This document shows, piece by piece, positions 51,090-64,000 of a stretch of 64,000 nucleotides of DNA. The position numbers and the translations under genes are program-made. Under the pieces are notes generated by a model. The model did no database searches. It saw only the letters and a list, made by a program, of their open reading frames with translations, and was not told where the DNA came from. Source of the stretch: Octopus bimaculoides (Eukaryota); assembly GCF_001194135.2 (NCBI RefSeq), contig NC_068988.1, forward strand, positions 64,916,893 to 64,980,892, read 5' to 3'. Every line of letters begins with the position of its first letter. Within the stretch, counting starts at the first letter, position 1.

Positions 51090-51425
51090 CATGCATTTCC
51101 CAAAGACTTAGCCAAATGGCCAAAAGTACTACCCAAAAACTGGCTTACCTCTTCAGAGCCAAGAAATGCTCAAACCCTTAACAACTACAACTTTTATGTA
51201 AGACACACTTCAGAACAATGCTCCCACATCTGGAACAGTGCTACAGATATCCTAGACCCCTGCTCCTAGACAAAGCAATGCATGGGAACCCCTACATACA
51301 CAACGCAGCATAAATTTGTATTGGGTCCTTAGATCCTTGTGGGACCACAAGTAATGGCCCAGTGCACCCACATCTTAAAACAATCCTGTCCTAGACCACA
51401 TCCAGAAAAAACACCACTCGACAGA
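51090..51425 (+). mobile_element. Decayed CR1/L2-group LINE, RT C-terminal remnant
   Basis: Frameshifted pieces AKSTTQKLAYLFRAKKC, EQCSHIWNSA and VLDHIQKK resemble the ..EYCSHIW...LLD.IQ.. motif after the RT domain. Confidence 0.6.
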
Positions 51426-54400
51426 ATGAAATGATTGGCCACAACTGTTTGGGTGCTAGTGATTTGGTGCAACTGACAGAACATTTAACCTGTTTTGGTA
51501 ACAGTACTTTTTGGCACTAGAAGCAAACACTCACACACATACACTCAGAAATTTAGTGGAGGTACATGGCTTAGTGATTAGGGTGTTCGACTCATGATCA
51601 TAAGATTTTGTTTTCGATTCTTGGACCAGGCGATGCATCACATTCTTGTGCAAAACACTTCATTTCATGTTGCTGTAGTCCACTCAACTGGCAAAAATGA
51701 GTTGTGCCTGTGACAGACCAGTGTCCTGTCCAGGTGGGGAATATATGTGCCATGGAAACCAGGAAGCCTAACTATGACTCAAGAAGGTAACTTAACTTAC
51801 TCAGAAATATACACATAGAAAAAATAAGGAGAGATATGCAAAAATACATTATAAGAAAACCTTTTTTTATCCTTATTTCATAAACTCTTTCAATGCCAAC
51901 CCAGCTGAAACTGCCTCTGGCTTTGTAGTACAAATGTCTTGTTTCCATAAGTTTTTAATTAAAATCTTCCACCAAACCTTAGTCACAGTTTATGTTCTTA
52001 ACACCAGCTTAATGACAACAAAGTTATTTTACTAAATCTTTTATTATATTTAAAATTAATTGAAAGAAACACAAAGCATCTCAAAATAAATACAGGGTTA
52101 ATATTTCACTAGCCATCATAGTGAAAGTTAAAGGAAGTTTAGTAGTTGAGTAGTTGTGATAACAAGTTTGTTGTTAACTAGAATAAAAAACAAAAATTTT
52201 CACTTTCTCAAAAGGTCCTGGAGACAAAGAGTCTGATATCAAATAAATTAGGGTCAAATCAGCAAATAGGTAGGATCAAAACAGCTGTACAAAAATGTCA
52301 CACACTCTCCACTCAATTCATTGACATGAAGTCATTTACCAACACCTTCCTCATGGTATTCTGGGTCTTCTCTCTGTCTTTTCTACTTCCACTGCTGTGA
52401 TCTCTGCTCTTTAGAACTGACTGGTCTCATGACACCTCTTCTCAGCTACTTCACATATGCTTATTTCTTCTCTTGTCATCATATTCATATTGTATTTTCT
52501 CTCTCCTTGGCCCTGCATAAAACCTCTACATTCAGTCCTTTCTGCCCATGACATCTTCCTCCTAGAATAAAAACAAACATTTCATTCCTACAACAGTTGA
52601 CTTGCAACCATTCAAGAATAATGCTAATTCCATTGACCTCACTAGTATTGGAGTAATGTTTTGTTTGGCTAAGAGTGTAACTCCCTTTGCCAGACAAAAC
52701 CAAAAATATAAAATAAAGAAAACACATAAAATTTAGCAATCATATGTAAAATTAAATAGATTCAATCTGGAATTGAAACTGGGTTGCAGGTCTAAGTAGC
52801 AAACAGCTTACCTCCTGTTCTATCATGTTTTGTATTAATTGAAAGAATTATTTATAGTTTAAATTATATTTTGGTGAGAATGGGAGGTGTGGGAAGGCAA
52901 GGGTCATTATATTTACCATCACTAAATAATTCTAAATATAATTATTATTATTACTATTAAAATTATAATAATTATAATTATTATTTTTTTATTTCTGCCA
53001 GCAAAATATTCAAGAAGACAAAACAAAAAAAATTAGACTGAACATTTTTTAAAAAAGGATTTTCTATCTCAACTTATTCTGAATTATCTGTATTTATTTA
53101 TACATTTATTAAATTATTGATTAATTATAATCTCCTGAAGAATCTATATCTCCTCCTCCCATTTTTTAAAAACTATTATAAAAGCAACGACAAAAATGTA
53201 AAACAAGAGCGACTGAGGAGGGGGGGGGAAGAGAGTGTTTGTGTGTGTATTTGTATGTGTATGTGTGTTGCCAACCTACAAAGATTCCTCAACAAAAGAC
53301 TTTACCGATATGAGGGCAAAATTGATTCTAGATGCAGAATAAATTTACATGATCGTTAAAGAGGCTTTGTAAAATAACGAAGGCTCGTAAATTTTAAAGA
53401 AACATAAAATTATGCACAATATAATAACTAAAGATGACATTATAATGGAACAATATAAAGTAATTATAGGAAGAAGAAGAAGAAAAAATATATAAAGTGG
53501 GAGAAGGTAGGTGGTGGAGGGTCAAGGTGTGTACTATATTTAGTAATATTAATTCACTTGATATTTTTACCCCTAACGAACTATAGAAGAAACAAAATTT
53601 GGAAAAAAAGAATCTAGATTATGTTTGAAAGCATTTCAGAATGAATTTACCAAAGATATATTTTATGTCAACACAGAACATCTAATTCAATCGAATAATC
53701 TATGAAACACATTAGACACCCAAGCCAATGAGGAGGGGAGGGGAAACTCTATGAGGTCATAGTATAACTTGCTAGAAATAGTAACGAGACTCTCTAATCA
53801 CATTCCACATTCTGAAACCATTTTGCTTGTTAGCATATTTCTCATGAATTAAGCCTTTTTGGAACAATGTATCTCAAATGACAATCTGGCTCTAAATAAT
53901 AGCTCATAAATTCATCTCTATCCCCCCCTGCCCCACCCATTTCTTATTTCTTTATTGCCCACAAGGGGCTAAACATAGAGGGGACAAACAAAGACAGATA
54001 AATGGATTAAGTCAATTACATTGAGCCCAGTTCGTAACTGGTACTTAATTTATCGACCCCGAAAGGATGAAAGGCAAAGTCAACCTCGGCGGAATTTGAA
54101 CTCAGAACGTAATGGCAGACGAAATACCACTAAGCATTTCGCCTGGCGTGCTAACATTTCTGCCAGCTCGCCCCACCCATTTCTAACCACCTGTTAACTC
54201 TCCCCTCACACTCTTATGAAACTAACTATCCTCCAATCCACTGTTCTTATCCTCCTTTATTTTCACTTTCTTGTACCTTGAGATTTTGCTCTGGGACCTC
54301 ATCACTACCATCTTTATCTTCTTCCCAGTTACAGCCATCTGCCCTTATATAATGTGGGGGTAGTCACACACCTCCTCTATAGCAAGGCACCTGTGCTTGT

Positions 54401-55592
54401 CCTTTGTCACACTTTAACCCCAACCAACACCCAGCATAAAACCACCTCCCCATCTCAAATATTCCACCCAGATAGTCAAGGGGTCTTTCTCACTGTTATT
54501 TTTTTCTGTCTTGCAAGTTACTTGGCAATCTCACTAGTGCTGGTGGCATGAAAGCACCCACTGTAAAGTGGTTGGCAATTAGTAAGGGCATCTAGTCATA
54601 GAAACCATGTCAAAGTTGATATTGGGGTTCAACATAGCCATACCACTTGCCAGATTCTATTCAATCCATGCCACCATGGAAAGCAGATATGATGATGATG
54701 ACTACATGCCATTAAAAACCCTTAAATGGGAAAGACACATAGCCGCCTGTAGAATTTGAACTACACATCTACTGTAACCCAGACAATTGTGATACCATTC
54801 CACTAAAATATTTTTCTAACCTTCTTCCATCCAGATTGGACATATTAGTCTTAGAAATGAGAATACTATTTGTTTATATCTAGAACGTATCTGAAGAATC
54901 TTGAGACATATGTAAATCATATATCTCAAAATGCCAATCTAGTTATTATTTATAGAGGGATTAGCAATCAAAATACCTTGTTCACAGAAAACTCGTTTGC
55001 ATATTTCTCAATGCTTCTTTGTAGCCTGGCACTCTGTCAGTTACGAAAACGAGTGTTCTAGTTGATTCAATCGATCAAACAGCCTGGTCATGAGATTAGC
55101 ATCCAAGTGGCTGAGCATTCCACAGACATACACACATTTACGGTAGTTGTTTTCAGAAAGATTCAGTGTGGCACCAGGATGTGACAAGGCTGGTCCTTTG
55201 GATCCCAGGTATGACTCATTTCTGCCAGCTGAGTGAACTGGAGCAACATGAAATAAAGTGTCTTGCTCAAGGGTACAACACGCCACTAGGAGTCAAATTC
55301 ACAACTTTACGATCATGAGCTGAATACTCTAACCACTAAGCCACATGCCTCCACTTCTTCTTTATGTTCTAATGAAATACATAACCTCTGTCTTTCAATT
55401 TATTTTGATAAGTAATCAATAATTTGGATAAATTTAGAAAACAGTTTTGTTACCGTATTTCTCTTGAAGTACACTGCCTTCATTTCAATTAATTTTGAAA
55501 ATAAAGAATTTCTTACTCATTGTCAGTGTTAAGCTAGTGTTTGGAACATAGCATGAAATTTTGAAGGCAGATTTCAGTTTAGATCCCTTTAA

Positions 55593-55798
55593 CCCTTTTG
55601 TTACCATATTTCTGTTAAAATACATTGCTTTTGGTTTAGTTAATTTTGAAAATAATGAATTTAGTAAAATAATTGTCGTTGTTAAGTTGATGTTTGGAAC
55701 ATAAATTTTGACGGAAGGTTTTGATTAAGATCAGTTTCACACAGGAAGTTTGAATCACAGAACTCAGGATGGTTTCAAGTGGGCTGGTATCAAAAGGG
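55593..55798. mobile_element. TTAA-flanked MITE (piggyBac-type), family 2
   Basis: TTAA|cccttttgttacc ... ggtatcaaaaggg|TTAA. Confidence 0.8.
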
Positions 55799-56267
55799 TT
55801 AAATTCCCATAGGGATAATCACAAATATCTCCTTTTCAACTTCTCTCCTTTCTAATGTCAACAGAGTTAATCTAAAATTAATAAACATCACTAATTTCAA
55901 GCCAGAAATGATGTTTTGAATAATTAAATATGAAATTCAAAATAATTAAATAATTACTAATCAGTTTTTTATATTTTCTAATTCATTTTCATTAAGATTT
56001 CTTAATAAGCAACAACAGAAATTAACTTTTAAGTTTGCTGACGACAATCTGTCATTGCAAGGACATAAATCTACATTCTTTAAAAGTCAATCAATTTATG
56101 TTGACATTTAATAAACTCAATAAGATTCCTTTGATTTCAAGTCACAGATCACATGACATTTTCTCCAGACATCATCAACAAGTCTTTCATCCGAGAAACT
56201 CATTTGCTTTCTGAAACAGCTTCTTACATGGTCACTTCTTCAACTAGAAATAGCAGCCAAAAGCATA

Positions 56268-56517
56268 ATGGTTCTCAACTGGGGTCTAGATGGTCCTTGG
56301 GGGTCCATATAAGATTTTGTTGTTAAAATTTATCTGCAATAAATTGGTCATACTTCTATAATACACAAGATATTTTTATAATATTTAAATATGAAAAATA
56401 CTGTTATTTTTTAAACATCAAATGGCTAGGAAAGTACATGCAAGTAAAATATGAATCAAAGGGATCCATAAGTAAAAATTGATTGCGAAAAACTGGGTTA
56501 GATGAATATATGTTATT
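56268..56517. mobile_element. Probable hAT-type MITE
   Basis: Left end aatggttctcaactggggtc resembles the CAGTGGTTCTCAA hAT terminus; right end degenerate. Confidence 0.4.
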
Positions 56518-56535
56518 AACACATTGCCCTTCCTG

Positions 56536-56566
56536 TCATTAACCCTTATCTGTTTTTCAGGTAAGG
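56536..56566 (+). promoter_or_regulatory. Candidate recursive splice site (AG|GT)
   Basis: cattaac-ccttatctgtttttcag|gtaagg: branch-like motif, pyrimidine tract and CAG immediately followed by GTAAG. Confidence 0.55.
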
Positions 56567-57307
56567 GAATTTTTCCTTACACTTAGTGTAGAGCTAATGA
56601 AGATTTGTTAATAAGGAATGTCAACATAACCACACCATTTATAACTCAATCCTTTTTCATATGAAGCACAAAGACATGGGCATGCACCCCCACACACAAC
56701 AGACTTATGTATGCTTTCTCTTTAGCGAATTCACATACAAGGCATTGACTGGTGAAACTTCACCCAAAGTTATAGCAGGTCCCGTGTTGTGGGACTGAAC
56801 CCAAAATCATGTAGTTGAGAAGCAAACATCATACCCACACAGCCATATTTGCATCAATTAAATGTATGTACAATGTGATGTATGTAAACATTCTTAGTCT
56901 TGCTCAGAAGATTATTTTTGGCTTAAAATCCAAGTTACAGAGAGATTAGGATTAAGAAGACTGTCGTGATTCTGAGCCACCTTTGACTCAAGATTGTATA
57001 AAACAATGTTTAGTGTGTGTTCACAAGCCAAATTACAAGCACCTGGCAGGTAAAGTAGTTCTGTATATACTACAGCTGTCACTTGTGATCAAGGATGATT
57101 TGGTATCAGCATGCACTAAGCTTTTACTAATGATTTTAGGCCATCATGCAGTTGCAACCAGTCACAGGTGCTCTCCCCTCCCCCCGCCTCTCTCTCTGTA
57201 CTTTCACCCTTGACCCAGCAGAATATCCAGGATGTGACAGGTGGAGGGAGAAAGGGCAGCACCTGTATAGGGTTGGTATTTTATTTGTAAACCCTGAAGG
57301 GAATTAA

Positions 57308-57516
57308 CCCTTTCGTTACCATATTCATTTTGAGATGTCCTTGTGTTTCTTTCAATCAATTTTAAATATAACAAAGAATTTAGTAAAATTAAGCTAGTGT
57401 TATGAACATAAATTGTAACTAAGGTTTGGTGGAAGATTTTAATTCAAAACTTATGAAAACAAGACATTTGTACTACAGAGCCTGAGGTGGTTTCAGCCGG
57501 GTTGGTATCGAAAGGG
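57308..57516. mobile_element. TTAA-flanked MITE, family 2
   Basis: TTAA|ccctttcgttacc ... ggtatcgaaaggg|TTAA. Related copies in opposite orientation lie at about 51880-52100, 35180-35417 and 29965-30112. Confidence 0.8.
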
Positions 57517-58557
57517 TTAAAACATAATTGACCCCAGCGGGATTTGAATTTGGAGTACAGAGATCCAGAACAAATATGGCTTTCAATTTTTGGCACAAGG
57601 CCAACAAGATCGGGGGTGGGGGTTAAGTTGATTACATCAACCCCAGTACACAACTGGTACTTATTTTATCAACCCCAAACGGATGAAAGGCAAAGTCAGT
57701 CTCAGCAGAATTTGAACTCAGAACATAAAAACAAATGAAATGCCATTGAGCATTTTGCCCAGTGTGGTAATGAGTCTGCAGCTCAGCACTTTAGAAGGTA
57801 ACATACGTTACAATTACAATGCCTTCTGTCTAAGACTATCTAATGACAGTAACAATCAGCAACCTTAAAATATCTGTGTGTGTGTTTTCTCTTTCTCTTT
57901 TTAATTTAGAGTAAATTTTAACTCGTCATCTACTTGGTAGCAAAATTATGTAGGAAAGTATCCTGTCTTAACCATCGTCCTTGCAGATTTTTGTAGTCCC
58001 AAATATTGTGACTGTTTGTAGCATGTGAGCTAAGGATTTGTATTCCTTCCTCAAGATCCCAAGTTCAACCATATTTTGCTCCAGAGGGGTTGGTATGTAT
58101 CCTGGTGTTCCAATAGTAATAGGTTTGAAGCTGAAAGTATGTGTGTGTGTGAATATGTATGCATGTATATATAGGAGAGTATTGTAGTTCGCTTGTATGT
58201 ATGTATGTATGAATGTAAAATAGCACAAATGAAATAAGGGTTTAACTGTTGGACAATGTGAGAAGTTACAAGAAGTAGACAACATTTCAAAAAGTGGTAG
58301 ACAAAGTGTAAGCACAAATAAAAAAGTAACATAAAATGTTGTGATGTCAAGAAAAGGGAGAGAAGCAGATTGACATTTCAGGTGAATCTTTTATCGAAGG
58401 AGAATAAGAAAGAAATCATAAAAAGGAAAAGAAACAGGAAAAGAGATGATACCTGTTTAAAGCAAGTGTAGCTTTTTACTAGAGCTGGATAGATAGATAG
58501 ATGAAGAGAGATATATGTAGATAGGTAGGGAGTTGAATAGACAGACATGTGATGTGA

Positions 58558-58634
<77 letters not shown>

Positions 58635-59341
58635 GTAAATGCCTGAGGAAACATACACATGGGATGGAGATGTAGTCGAGATTCATTGATATTATAAATA
58701 ATATCTAATAATATCCAATGGAAGTGAAAATATCCTCACAAATGAAAATGTAGGATGTAGAAACATAAGTTGCAATATATATATATACACATACATACAC
58801 ATTTATATACACACACACACACACACATATATACATACACACATATATATATAGATATATATACACACACACACATATATATACACACACATATATATAT
58901 ACACACATATATACGCATATACATACATACATACATACATATATATATATACAGTGAGAGAGAGTCTAAGATAGCAATTTATAGCCTAGAATAAATTTCA
59001 AGAATCTAGAGGGAATTTGGAGATTCCACAGAGGAACTTTTCTTTAGATTGAAAAATTCTTTATCGTTATTTGCAGTTTTTGCAAGATTTATTCTCTTCG
59101 ATGCTAATGTTAAATTAATACAAGGTAGTTTTTGCACAAAAGAGTAGGTTTATTTTTGTTATATATGGTGGGAGAAAATTAGGACAGTGAGTCGGTAAAG
59201 AAGCAGAGAGATAAAGTAAAATGATTAAGAGGAACCAGACCAGGTCTAACAAGACTTGGCAGTATAGTAGTCTGTTTTCTGTAAGAATTTGTCATGGATG
59301 GAAACAAAACAGAAGAATTAAAGAAATGTTTGTTAAAAATA

Positions 59342-59397
<56 letters not shown>

Positions 59398-60191
59398 TAT
59401 ATATATATATATATACACAGATATATATATATATATATACACAGATATATATATATAAGAGAAATACTTTAAAAATAGAAAAAAATTGTCAACTTATAAA
59501 TGAATAAAAAAACTTTTAGCTACTTCAATTCCTCTTACATTAATGCTTATTTCTATAAAAATGCAATAAACAGCTGATTACAGGGTTGTAAAAATAGGAT
59601 AAAAATAATTTGTCGATTTAGCTGTTTTCTAGATACCAGCACCACCAACACCACTGACACTACCACCACCACTACCATCATTGCTGTTTGATAAATTAGG
59701 AACATAACAAAAGAAGTATTTTGTCTACAAACAGGAATGACTTGGGTTGAAATTCGATTTGATTCCATCCAAGATGGTTGGTAAATGATTCTAAAAAGAT
59801 TAAAGATTAATAAACAGCAACAATATAATGAAAAAAGGAAATTTTTGAAAAAAAAAAAAGAAAAAAAGAAAAAACATTGCAAAGAAAAATAAGTGTAAAG
59901 GGTCACTTTGTTGAATTTAATGTCTAAATAAGTATAATTTAATAATAGCTGAAATGAAATTAGATTAACTTTTACTGTGTGTATGTATTTACATATGTAT
60001 ATATGTGTGGGTGTATTTACATACATATATATATACATGTATAAGTATATATACATGCACATATACACACACACAATGTATGTGTGAATATACATATATA
60101 TACACACATGTATGTGTGTGTGAATATATGTGTTTGTGTGTGTATATGAGAGTATATTTGTGTATTTATTTATATATATGTAGATGTATAT

Positions 60192-60229
<38 letters not shown>

Positions 60230-60614
60230 TAAATACACACACATATATATATATATACTCGTACCCACACACATATGTGGGAACTTTGAACCAAATAACA
60301 AACCTTGCAATGACAATATAGCTTCAAAAAGCCTGTTTCTCTAACAAAAAGGGTTCTGTTTAGTTTACTGTTCAGTGTTTTCTGTGTGGTTGACCAACAA
60401 GAAAGACACAAAAAAAAAAATGAATGAACAAAATTGAAAACAATTCTGCTTTGAAGTTTTGGAATCAGAAACAAAATTACTGTTATCTATCTATCCATCC
60501 ACTGATTATAACGATGGTGAGTTTATTGTATGCAGTGCTCAGGTGTATTGTAACTCATCAGGAAAGGTTAAAAGAGGGGACAAATAGCGGCACTAAGTCA
60601 AGTATAGAAAGACA

Positions 60615-60911
60615 GTAATAAAAGCCAAAAGTACATGCATAATACACAGAATAAAATACAAAGACAGAAAAGCAAACATGTAAAAGAGCCATAGAAAAGA
60701 AAGGGTGTAGGGTTAGACAAATTTTAAGAAGCATGGAACTTAGGAAAGATGCAGTGTTCTGGCAGTTAATAATAGAGTCTGGTAGTTTATTCCATGCTTC
60801 ATCAATTCTGAATGTGAAAGAATGTTTCCAAGAGTTATGGGTGCTGCGCTGTTTTTTTGATTTTTGTAAACATATCCATGAGTGGTAGAGATACTGAATC
60901 CAAAAAGGAAG
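60615..60911 (-). mobile_element. CR1-group LINE 3' end remnant
   Basis: Minus strand KHSFTFRIDEAWNKLPDSIINCQNTASF resembles the conserved HFFS.RV...WN.LP..V......SF ORF2 C-terminus. Confidence 0.7.
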
Positions 60912-61241
60912 CCATCTGAACATGGCTGACGCCAGTACCCACTGACAGTCCCCTATGCTGGTGGCACGTAAAAAGCACCATCCAAACGTGGCTGATGCCA
61001 GTACCCACTGACTGGCTCCCATACCAGTGGCACGTAAAAAGCACCATCCAAACGTGGATGATGCCAGTACCCACTGACTGGCTCTCATGCCGGTGGCACA
61101 TAAAAAGCACCATCCGAACGTGGCTGATGCCAGTACCCTCTGACTGGCTCCCATACCAGTGGTACATAAAAAGCACCATCCAAACGTGGATGATGCCAGT
61201 ACCCCCTGACTGGCCCCCATGCCAGAGGCACCTAAAAAGCA
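60912..61241 (+). repeat. Five tandem 66-bp units at the 5' side of a (GAT)n-tailed retroposon
   Basis: ccatc starts at 60912, 60978, 61044, 61110 and 61176; the retroposon tail continues to about 61406. Confidence 0.95.
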
Positions 61242-62214
61242 CTCACTACACTCTCAGAGTGGTTGGCATCAGGAAGGGCATCCAGCTGTAAAAACATTGC
61301 CAGATCAGATTGAAGCCTGGTGCATCTGCTGACTCTCCAAACCTCAGTCAAACCATCCAACCCATGCCAGCATGGAAAACGGACGTTAAATGATGATAAT
61401 GATGAGTGGTGGATTGACAGAATCGTTTGTGTGTTAGACGAAATTCTTTGTGGTATTTGTCCTAGATCTTTACGTTTTAAGTTCACATCCTACAGTGTTC
61501 TCTAACTCTAAATCAGATCAGCCCCTAACATTGACCAAGATTTTACATAAGGAGCACCAACAAACATGTATATATATACAAACACAATAGCTGCAGGCAT
61601 GTGTGTTTGTGTGTGTTCACATGCATACACATATGAAGACAACAAGAAATATAATTAGGTGTGTCTATGCAATAAAAAGCGTCAGGCACATTAATAAATA
61701 CCCATTTTGTACTATCATTAACTAAATTACTAACAACAAATTTGACAAATCATAAGTTACCAAAAGAAAACAAAAACAATCTCGGTATTTACTACATTCT
61801 TATTTTTAACACACACACACACGCATATATATATGCTTACATATATATATTTTTTTAACACTTCCTTTTTAAATCTTTTCATTTTTCTAAATATTTGGTT
61901 ACATACAAATGGATTTTCTCTTTGAATTCTATGAATGATAAAATTATTGGTTTTGCTACAAAGGCAAAGAAATTTTTTTTTTTAAATGTATATACACCAT
62001 ATATACATACATATATATATATGGGAGTATGTGTACACACACACACACACACACACAAATATATGTGTGCATATTTAACAGTTTGAAAGTAAAAGAAGCA
62101 AAAGATAGAATAGACTTTGTTTCTACAAATTAATCTTTAACATTGGAATTTATTCGATAAAGCAGAAAAGAAAATTAAATTAACAAAAGACAAATCTTTT
62201 AAATGAACAAAAAC

Positions 62215-62259
<45 letters not shown>

Positions 62260-62633
62260 TGTTATTTAAACTGTTATTGATTATTTTTTTACATTATTCA
62301 TGTAACATTATTCAAATGCTATTTTACATGCCTCAGCCTATATATATATACATATATATATATGTATATATATATATATGTGTGTGTGTATCAATTGTTA
62401 TGTTAAATGCTTCTTTATTTCAGGTAATACCCTCTTTCCTTCCTTCCTTCCACATCCTTATTTCATTGGGGTTTTTTTTTCTCATATGACATGTATTTGT
62501 TGTATGTTTGTGCTTTGTGTCAGCAGTGTGTATGCACAAGCATGTATATATATATATATGTATACATATATATGTGTGTGTGTGTGCATATACTTATAAG
62601 AGCATGCACACATAGATACACATGCATACACTT

Positions 62634-62671
<38 letters not shown>

Positions 62672-63284
62672 TCACTCTGTTCAGCTGAAGGTAAAGAAAC
62701 AAATAGACCATGAAACAATATTAGAATACACACACACATATATCAATTCTTTAATATATGTAAATTAAAAAATATATGTATATATATTTTTTACTTAACT
62801 TTAAAAAGATAATTCCACACAACAAACAACATACACATATACCTACACACACTCATATATATATGTGTGTGTCTGTGTTTGTTTGTATGTATGTATGTAT
62901 TTATATATACACACATCCATACAGGAATACACAGCAACAACTACAATAATACAATACAAAGCATATTCAACAAGACAGACTCCCAAAACCTCACCCCCCA
63001 CAAAAGCCCTTTCCCTCTATCCCTGCCTCCCATCCAAATCCCAATTTGGCTGCTGGCTGCATTTTGACTAAAAAGCGTGTTTGTTTGCTTGCTTTTTAGT
63101 TTCTATTTGTTGTGGATTTTATTGTTGAGTGACATAATTTTATATTATTCCGTCTGTGGCGTATATGCACATATTTTCATTATTGTTTGCTTGTGTTCAT
63201 ATTGCCCGGTGTTGTTTAGAAAAAAAAAATAATTATTATAAAAATCATCTTCAGTGCTTTCGAGTGTGTGTGTGTGTGTGTGTT

Positions 63285-63320
<36 letters not shown>

Positions 63321-63480
63321 CATATATACACACACTCACACACACACATATATATATACATATATGTAGATATATATATACATATATATATGTCATATAT
63401 TATAGATAGATATATCAATATATTATGCATACATCGTATATATATACATACACACACATACATTCCTATATATGTATATT

Positions 63481-63513
<33 letters not shown>

Positions 63514-63527
63514 GCATGTATGTATGA

Positions 63528-63585
<58 letters not shown>

Positions 63586-63597
63586 GATATATATGTA

Positions 63598-63637
<40 letters not shown>

Positions 63638-63703
63638 GCTATCCTAGAACACAAGTCACTTGTAATGGAAGTATTGATAGGATATATTTTCTTAGCAACA
63701 TCA

Positions 63704-63736
<33 letters not shown>

Positions 63737-63737
<1 letters not shown>

Positions 63738-64000
63738 TGAGTAAAGAGGTTGAAAAAATCACCAACTACTCCAAATTGGAAGTGGAAATGGCAAGACTGT
63801 ACGGAATGCAAGAGGGTAATGTAAAAGTAATACCAGTGGTGATCGGAGCATTGAGATCAATCCCATTAAAACTTCAAGACTTCTTAAGGCAACTGGAAAT
63901 CCCATGCAAGATTGATGTCTTGCAAAAAGCAGCCTTATTGGACACAGCGCACATCTTAAGGAAATTATTATCTGTCTGAGGTCCTTGTTGTAACTTGACA
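63737..64000 (+). mobile_element. 5'-truncated R4/Dong-like (RLE) non-LTR retrotransposon after (AAT)n
   Basis: [80 protein letters not shown] begins right after (AAT)n and includes the E-K..(K/N)Y RLE motif. Runs off the window. Confidence 0.85.

Noticed and set aside
60912-61241. CRISPR-like periodicity
   Set aside because: Whole units repeat with no unique spacers; eukaryotic retroposon context.
60558-61291. Long ORFs on both strands with repeating 22-residue units
   Set aside because: Produced by the stop-free 66-bp tandem array; only the CR1-like tail is meaningful.
6556-63765. Many YIYI/CVCV/THTH and X-filled ORFs in the track
   Set aside because: Artefacts of (TA)n, (TG)n and (CA)n microsatellites and N gaps.

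Overview
AT-rich draft eukaryotic scaffold with many N gaps and dense (TA)n/(TG)n/(AAT)n microsatellites. The retroposon families look like those of Octopus; that assignment is an inference. The only host gene I can support is a + strand CELF3-6 subfamily RNA-binding protein gene (CELF4/bruno-3/unc-75-like). Five coding exons were read with GT-AG boundaries and consistent phases: 33658-33813, 36102-36273, 37904-38032, 44098-44160 and 50401-50544. They cover the end of RRM2, the Q/A-rich linker and the first half of RRM3. I found no RRM1/RRM2 exons in the first 33.6 kb, and the terminal RRM3 exon lies beyond 64000. One linker exon is probably lost in a gap. The rest is intron filled with tRNA-derived SINEs, LINE remnants (CR1-like, R4/Dong-like, possibly HERO-like), TTAA and mariner MITEs and a long foldback element. 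Most notable findings: (i) several type I hammerhead-ribozyme motifs with palindromic stem III, typical of Penelope-like element termini, some in the sense orientation of the pre-mRNA and one with an intact core plus an upstream antisense arm that could lock it; (ii) a strong AG|GT recursive-splice-site candidate; (iii) in-frame tandem donors/acceptors in the CELF linker and at the start of RRM3; (iv) three divergent R4/Dong-like fragments, all inserted in (AAT)n. Most long ORFs in the supplied track are microsatellite or gap artefacts. Repeat coordinates are approximate; exon and ribozyme coordinates were counted by hand.
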